Positions 56,530 to 64,000 of a DNA stretch of 64,000 bases are shown here, piece by piece. The notes beneath the pieces were generated by a model, which saw nothing but the letters and a program-made list of their open reading frames with translations, was not told the DNA's origin and ran no database searches. The DNA comes from Zygnema circumcarinatum SAG 698-1b (Eukaryota; Plantae; Zygnematophyceae), in contig CM074804.1 in the NCBI GenBank assembly GCA_037447605.1, positions 7,231,909-7,295,908 of the forward strand, in the 5' to 3' direction. Every line of letters begins with the position of its first letter. Within the stretch, counting starts at the first letter, position 1. Made by a program: the position numbers and the translations under genes.

Positions 56530-59366
56530 TGTCTGCCGCCTCTTTCTCTCTCCAAAACTTTCCCAGCCAGCCGATTAGGACTTCTCGATCGCTTCATACG
56601 TACGAGGAGAGCAAAGGAATGTGGAAACAAGCGGAGAAGGCACCGCTCTCAGGTCTTTGGATCGCAACAATTTGCGTAACGGCATGGCATGTGCCTCAGA
56701 GACTTGCCAGGCCAAGTTGTGGAGCGCGGATGTGCCAAATGTCTGTCACGTTTTCAGTCATCTGGGAGCTTTGTCATTTTATCCGGATTCACAATAATAA
56801 AAACCAAATCTCTTCTCTTAAAGCAAACCATATGAAATGAGCCGTTGTGCTGAGCTGGTGTCATGAATCCCATGGCGTTGTTGGCCTGCTGCTGGCCGTG
56901 TGCTGTTGTGCAAAGGTTGTGCGTTGGTTGTCGTGAGATGACTGGCGAGGACTTCACAAATTCCGATACGCACAGTTCCAAGGCCACGACAGAAGTCAGC
57001 TCAACAACTGTCGACCCGTGTTTGGCAAACATTTGCATTTGGACAATCGAAGCAACCATATCCTCATGTTGTGGACAGGTCCTCGAACAACACCAGTCTA
57101 TGCCCGACTTCATCTCGTGTGAAGAGATTGTTGTAGAATGCTGGAAAAACTAAGGGATGCTTATTGTTATTTGCAAGAGCCATGCGCTCCGTTGTTGCAC
57201 AGCTTGTTGTTGTTGTTGTTGTCGGTGGGGTCCTATAGCACGGCCCTCGTGGTTTGTTGGCGCACATTGTTCGCATGACATGTTGTTGGGGAGGATGGCG
57301 GCGGCCCTCCCCCTCACGCCCAAGGGCCTCCACTGCGGACAGCTTCAGCCCAGGCCTGTCACGCGGCCGCTGGGAGAGCGAGAGCCCTGCTCGTGCTGCC
57401 GCCTTGCGCCTCTCCTTCTCCTTCTCCCTCTCCCTCTCCCTCTCCCTCTCCCTCCCGCTCTCTCTCTTGGCTTGATTATGCAGCAATTGATACCCCCAAG
57501 AAGCAGTCCATGGTGGGGTGCACCGCAGGCGGGGGAGCATTCCGCAGGGTGAGAATTTCTGTTGAGCGGAATTAGGGGATCAGCGTCTGCATTTCGCAGA
57601 GCTCAGCTGCAATTTCGGCAATTGGTGGAGATGGAGAGTTTCAGCTTCACGTGGTGAGTGAGAATTGGGACATTGAGGGAAGGGCTTGATGGAAAGGCAG
57701 GGGCTGTTGAGGGAATGCGGTTCTGAAGAATGAGGGGTTTCAATTGCACTTAAGATGTAGCCCAGCTTACGTGAATTGGCAATAAAGGCTTTTGGCTCGA
57801 GCGAGCGGGCTCAAAGAGTGAGCAGAATTCGAAAGACAGGGCTGCAATTTGTGCACCAACAGCGGGAAATTGCATCAAGAAAGCAAATTGAACCTGAGTT
57901 GAATGGAATTGCGAGAGATCCAGTGGCTGCAGGCTCTGCAGCCTCACCATCAAACTAACTGCTACTCTAATTGTGACGAGAGACAAGGGATACCTCGGTG
58001 TTCATCTTGCTGAAGCTGAATTCTAGAGGGACTTTTCTGCTGAACAGAGCGCAATCAAGGAAACGTCGAATGAATGTTTTGCCTCTACTGTCAGACAGAC
58101 ACGCAATTAGGCCGAATCCCTTTTGATTACGGAAAGGGTTTTGTCGATTCTCTAATCGAGTTTGTGTCACCTCGGAACTTCAGAATGCAGAATTGTGTGG
58201 CTTATTCAGGAAGTAGTGATTTCCCAAATTCATTTCAGTAGATGCCGAAATAAGTAATCATACTTCGGTGGTCGCGTGAAACCCCTTAGATTATGATTTC
58301 TGTCTTACTCTTTGTGAACTGAACTACGTCTTTGTTGTCAAGAGTAACATGGAGAGAACACTCGTCTCCTTTCACGTGGAGAGATCGAATTCATTGATTG
58401 CTTTGGCAGACGATCCGTCAATTTTCCACATGGACGAGCTGAAGTGCTTAATAACGATGAGATCGATAACGCAAAAGTTCAATACCCATTTCTGTTGCTA
58501 ATTACAAATTTAATGTATTTACTGGAACTGAACATTCCAGAGGCGATCCACTCAGTGAGTACTTGTAGCAGAATTGAAGTCTTCTGATTGGCTACAGCGG
58601 TTGGTGGCAAACAGTTGGAAGTGTCCAGTCAGGCGGGAAGCACGCATCCCCCTCAGTTAATCATGTAGCAAAAAACTTGGCTGTGTTTGAGCGGTACTAT
58701 TGACGAGTGCACTTGCTAATTGATGGCTGCCTCGCACACCAGAAAATAGAATTATTTGTCTCATTGCATTCCCAATGATGTTGCATGAAAGAAGGTGCTT
58801 CTGTTGCTTCATTCCTATTATGCTTCTGCAAAATTACGATGTTTTTCCGACAGGGAGTGCGCATCAGCCTCGCATCTGAGTTCGTTTGCAAAGACTTATA
58901 TCAAAGTAGTCGTTCTGTCTCCTGATTACATTACTGACACTTGCATGTATGGCCCTTGTGGTCCTGTGTGTGCAGGCGCTTATCTTATAAGTCAGTCTGT
59001 ATGGTGTCATATTGAAACATTTCCTCTTCCTTTCCGCACTTAGGCTGGTCATTTATCAATCCACCGAAACTGCTTCTGGAGCAATTCTGTTTCCACGCAC
59101 GTCTCATTTCGGGCACAGATAGTGACTTATGAGTCCATGTACCAGATTGATACGCAATTTTTTTAGTGAGCTACAGGCTTTTTTATGTGCTGAAATGGTC
59201 TATAGATGATTAGATCAGACCCGGAAAAAGCGATATGTGACCTGTGAGGAGGCATTTGGAGGCAAGTCGTGGTTTGTCAGCAGCCGCAGACCTTCATTTT
59301 GGGCTGCTTAGGGGGTAGCAAAAAGAAGATTCTTAGATCCCAAGATACTGTTCGCTAAAACCCGGG

Positions 59367-60634
59367 ATGTCGAATGGTGAACCACGAGTGGCTCGCACTG
59401 GACGGAATCATCAGCGTTATGAAAATGGGTATCGCCTAGTGGCTGGGTGAGTACTACTTTTTGAAGGAAGAATCCTTTGAACTGCGTTTCCGTGTTCGGT
59501 TTTCACCACTGGCGGTTTCCTTGTTTCACTACATGTACTACTTTTGAAGAGGTGAGAGGGATAGTGGGAGGGAAAGTGACTATATGAGCTACTGAATGAT
59601 GTCTGAGGTGGTTTCTGAGCTTCTGAAATGAATCAACTTGTCAGATGCATTCCGTATCGGGTGGGGAGGGACCTCTCCAATGGCCCCCTCCGGTTGAGCA
59701 ATTCCGTGGCGATGAAAGATGTGGAAGTGATGATGATCTCCTCTCAGCACGGGGAGGGCCTTCTCTTTCCAAAGGTGGTAGCTTTCCACCCTCCTTTAGC
59801 ACGTTCTTTCGTATTCAAACCTTGAACGAAATACTCCTTTGCTAAGTAATGGAGGGCCACTGACCCTGCTGTTGGAGGGTGACGCAGGGTGGGTGGGAGA
59901 CGGACGAGACTGCAGAAGAAGCAGCGGAGAGAGAAGCCATGGAGGAGGCAGGGGTTCTGGGGAAGCTTCAGGTGAGCTCGCTGTGGTGACACGTGGATGC
60001 ATTCTGCAAGGAGTGATGTTTTGCCGACACGAGCGAGTTGCTGAGGGAGCTTTCCTTTGAGTTTTTCTTTTCAAAAGTTGACGTGGTCAGAGGCGGCGCA
60101 TGCAGGAGCTTGTCGGAGTTTTCGAGTTCAAAAGCAAGCGGCAGAGCAGCGCTTTTTGCAAAGATGGAAATTGTCGAGCACACATATTTGTACTTGCCGT
60201 TACGGAGCAGCTCGAGGAGTGGCCGGAGAAGGAGACTCGCCGGAGGCAATGGGTGAGCGAGCAGTCAGCTGTGCACCTCCTTCCCTTCTTCTTCCTCCAC
60301 TTGCCTGCAGGAATGATTTCCATGTCTGTCTGTCTGCTACTTGTGGCTCGGCGGGGAATGACCTCTAAACAATTGCAGAGAGTACGCGTTAAAGTCTCTA
60401 TTGGGTCACTCGTATTCCCTACAGGAGCTGATGAGGGGTCGTGCGGGTTCGTTCTCCATTAGCGTGTTGTATTGCAGCTACTTGTGAGCCCTATGAATGC
60501 CTTCTCATGCTTGAGCTGCCTGCCTGCCTGCCTGCGTGCAGCTCTCTGTGGAGGAGGCCCTTGAGCAGTGCCGCCATGAGTGGATGCAGCGCGCCTTGCG
60601 GAAGTGGAGGAAGACTTGGAAGTCGGCGCAGTGA
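59367..60634 (+). CDS. Nudix hydrolase, DIPP-like plant clade (NUDT12/13/16-18 type)
   Basis: Exons 59367-59446, 59645-59774, 59888-59971, 60106-60252 and 60542-60634. They give ARTGRNHQRY..RLVAGCIPYR, FPKGGWETDETAEEAAEREAMEEAG (Nudix box), WPEKETRRRQW and CRHEWMQRAL. Confidence 0.93.
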
Positions 60635-60649
60635 AGTGGAGCAGCGTTC

Positions 60650-61475
60650 GGGAGGGAGGGAGGGAGGGAGGGAGGGAGGGAGGGAGGGAGGGAGGGGTCT
60701 CTCTCTTTCTCTCTGTCCCTCTGCCTCCTCTCTGTGTAGAGTTGCGTCGGAGTTAGCATAGCATGCATGCCGCACATCGCCTGCAGCTGCTCATTAGGGT
60801 AGACGACAGGCCACTGCGCATCCTTGAGCTCCTTCAGTCTGTTTCCTCCTCCACCTCCTGTGTTGTCGCCTGTCGTCGAATCACAAGGGATTCAATTCAG
60901 CATTTGCAAAGAGAAGCCCCCCTCCCTCCCTCCCTCCACTCCCTCCCTCCCTCCTCCCTCCCTCCTCCCTCCCTCCCTCCCTCCCTCCCTCCCTCCCACT
61001 CCCTCCCTCCCTCCCTCCCTCCCTCCCTCCCTCCCTCCTCCCTCCCTCCCTCCTCCTCCTCCCTCCCTCCCTCCCTCCTCCCTCCCTCCCTCCCTCCCTC
61101 CCTCGCTCGCACAGGCTGGCCGGCGGTGGCATGCGCGGGCCCCCCTCCTCCCGGGGACCTGTCCGATGGAGAATTCCGACTCCAAAAGACCCACAATTTG
61201 GTTCGCAGCGAAACGCTTCGCATCGGGCGGGAGAGGGAGAGGGAGAGGGAGAGGGAGAGGGAGAGGGAGAGGGAGAGGGAGAGGGAGAGGGAGAGGGAGA
61301 GGGAGAGGGAGAGGGAGAGGAGAGGGAGAGGAGAGGGAGAGGGAGAGGGAGAGGGAGAGGGAGAGGGAGAGGGAGAGGGAGAGGGAGAGGGAGAGGGAGA
61401 GGGAGAGGGAGAGGGAGAGGGAGAGGGAGACGGAGAGGGAGAGGGAGAGGGAGAGGGAGAGGGAGAGGGAGAGGG
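60650..61475. repeat. Polypurine/polypyrimidine block: (GGGA)n, (CCCT)n and (GAGAGG)n
   Basis: (GGGA)n ~60650-60695, (CCCT)n ~60918-61103 and (GAGAGG)n ~61229-61475 (~40 units). Confidence 0.95.
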
Positions 61476-61970
61476 ACCCCCCCCGTCAGAAAATTCTCAT
61501 TTTTAGTTTCAGTTGTGTGCGGACTGCGGGGGAGCCAGTGAGAGAAATTGGGAGGACCACAGATACGACACGATACGGTTCAATACGATACTCATTTGAC
61601 AGCTGTTTTGCGTGGCCGTACGGTACGACTATCCACAACGCCACGTCAGCAATCATGCTCACACCCCATTGGTCCAGCTAGACTGCCACGCGTACAAACT
61701 GCCACGCGCACAAACTGCCACGTGGTACGTTTGCCTCGCGCGAAGCAGAGTCCGGCCTGCGTGCCTTTGCCCCTTTGCGGCCCGAAAATGGCCTCCGATT
61801 TATTAGCACGAGGAGGACGAGGAGGCCAGCCATGGCGCCCTATGTTCTGAAACCGTAAAGAGCACCCGAAATGCCCTAAGACCTCTGAAAACCCTAAAAT
61901 TTTGAATGGGCTGAGGAGCACAGAAGGAGAAGAAGGAGGCGGTCGCTTTGATTTGGCTGTAGATGCGGCA

Positions 61971-63733
61971 ATGGCGAAGCTGAGTGTGGGCTCGAAGGTG
62001 GAGGTGGCGTGCGAGGACGACGGCTATCTCGGCTCGTGGTTCGATGCCACCATTATCGGGCATGAGGGAAATAAGTTCACCATCGAGTACGAGAACCTGC
62101 TGGAGGAAGACATGCGCAGCCCCTGCAAGGAGCGAGTGAAGATGAGCCAAGTTCGGCCTCGTCCTCCGCAGCTTCCTGAAGACGATCCTGGCAGGTGGCT
62201 GCCGGGCCATGCGGTGGAGGCTCATTGGCATGACGGGTGGTGGCAGGGAGTCATTGACAAGCGCCTCGCAAAGGATTCCTTTCAAGTGTACTTTCAGAAT
62301 ACTTCTGAGCGTTTGACCTTTTCTGCAAAGAATATTAGGACTCGAATGGACTGGGGCGAAGGCGGATGGGTCGTCGTAACCGCGGTACACTTCATTCTCT
62401 GCTTGGGCCGAAGCTCTGATCGGGTGGAGCTGTGGGACCGAGCAGGAGGGGCAATGGAAAGTCCTTTCTGATAGGCTGAGCTGCTAGATTGGCATCGGTC
62501 AGCAGAATTTCTCCATTCATGTGGTTTTTTCTCTGTTTGCTTCAAGAATGCAGTAGTTATTCTGCTTTGTTGTGTAGATGATGGCATCGTCAGTGGAGCA
62601 CTTGTAAACCTGTGCTAACTTCTTTGATCGATTGGTGCTACTGATGAATTTTTTTGCCTGATTGGGATATTGTAATTAGTGCCACTAACTGCAACACACA
62701 CTGTTGGTGTTGGTCTCATCAGCGATTTTTATTGTTGGTCCTGAGTGCTGCGAGGATTGCATTTCTCCAGTGGTTTCCAGTTTTGCCAGATTGTGGTTGG
62801 CTTGGGCTGTTTCGTCATCGTTACTATCTGTCGTGACTGCAGGATGGACTGGCAATACAAGCAAATTGGAAACGTAAGTGGTTTACCGGTCGGCTACTTG
62901 ATAATGAATACTTTTCTCTTTTGTAGAGACTTTTTTAACCTTTGCCAGAAGTGATTGTTTCATGTCTGACTGACACATCTCGTTGCTTTGTGAACGTGCA
63001 TCAGGCGAGCTTTTCCCCGCGCGCCCACTCCACATTTGCAGCTACGAGCACTGTGACGGGGTTCACTAAGAGTCGCCCTCCTGCTGCCAATTGTGGACGG
63101 CGAAGTGAAGAAACTCCCAAGGGTCGCAGTCCTGGAAGAGACAGGATGGGGAGATATGCAGGTAACACACCGCCCGTCGGAGCAGAAGACAGTCCTAACG
63201 GGCCACTCACCAACTCTTTGTATTCAATAAGGTCAGCAGTTACGCCTGCACAGCCAGAAAGCAACGGTTGGATGAACCAGGAGAAGAGAGACCTTGCAGA
63301 CACCTTTCGGCAGGCAGCGGGCTCACCGCTTGATGATTTTTTTCAGCCATGGACGCCTCAAGGCGAGGTCGAGCCACCCGCAAAGCGCCATCACTACGTG
63401 ACTGGTGGGCTCCATGACCAAGGAAATGCTGCAAGTCCTCCGGGAATGAATGAACAGTGGACAAAGGAACAGACTCCTGTGCATCGAATTCTGAACAGAG
63501 AAACTAGGGCTGCAGCGCTGCATGGATATCGGGCCGTAGTCAAGGCCTTTCACCAGCAGCAATTCATCGACTATGACAAGTCAAAAATAATGGCTGACCT
63601 ACGGCTAGCTCTTGGCATATCCAACAATTACCATGTGAATCTTCTTCGACACCTCGCAGCTAGTCCAACCGCAGCTTGTTGCACTGAGGCAGAAAGTTTG
63701 ATCAATGAAATCTCTCATGATCAATCGGCCTGA
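61971..63733 (+). CDS. Tandem Agenet/Tudor plus C-terminal ENT (EMSY N-terminal) domain chromatin reader
   Basis: Exon 61971-62384 carries GSKVEV..GYLGSWFDATI..VRPRPP and VEAHWHDGWWQGVI..VYF..R.R.DW..G.W (two Agenet repeats). Exon 63005-63733 ends in LHGYRAVVKAF..MADLRLALGISNNYHVNLLRHL (ENT-like). Confidence 0.85.
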
Positions 63734-64000
63734 GTTTCTAGGTCAGATTCTGGCAGGCTGTGGTGTACAGTTACAGGAGGTTCGAGAATTTGGCCGCCGG
63801 CCATTTGAAGCTTGCTTAGGATACATGACGTCGAAAGTAAGAAAGCAGTAGTCTGTAAATACGCATGGCAGCTAGTAGAGGTGACTGCAAAAGCCGTTAG
63901 GCTCGTTTTTCTAGCTAGCTCATCATTAGCTTGGCAGGAAGAGAAGAGAGGACCTAGAAGGTTCTACACCGAAGGTATATCCACCGTCTTTACTTGTTAG

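Noticed and set aside
56754-57575. ORFs between HUS1 and NUDT
   Set aside because: They are low-complexity or motif-free. The region looks like the NUDT promoter and 5' UTR exon (donor near 57548).
60763-61681. 247- and 285-aa ORFs (poly-PPSL, RE, RG)
   Set aside because: They are microsatellite translations.

Overview
Gene-dense, intron-rich eukaryotic nuclear DNA. The gene set (RETICULATA-related, TTL, BT1, plant-type NUDT, Agenet-ENT) points to a streptophyte, probably a charophyte alga or early land plant; the taxon is inferred. I reconstructed about 16 protein-coding genes by eye: EBP1 (3' part), RER3-like, SEN2, an orphan membrane protein, a ~30-exon PEP carboxylase, MPV17-like, calcineurin-B-like, a plastid membrane-anchored O-methyltransferase, two head-to-head GSNOR/class III ADH paralogs, a tiny F-box protein, a TTL, BT1, HUS1, a NUDT and an Agenet-ENT protein. 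There are also three MITEs, one dispersed repeat and several microsatellite blocks. The strongest novelty candidate is the PEPC: it appears plastid-targeted, is fused to a GlnD/ACR-type ACT domain, and has a core resembling a non-plant bacterial lineage. Next are a TTL that keeps an intact WCGPC thioredoxin site and carries five N-terminal CCxxGVC repeats, and a GSNOR paralog with a mitochondrial-type presequence. All family assignments rest on recognised motifs; no database searches were run.
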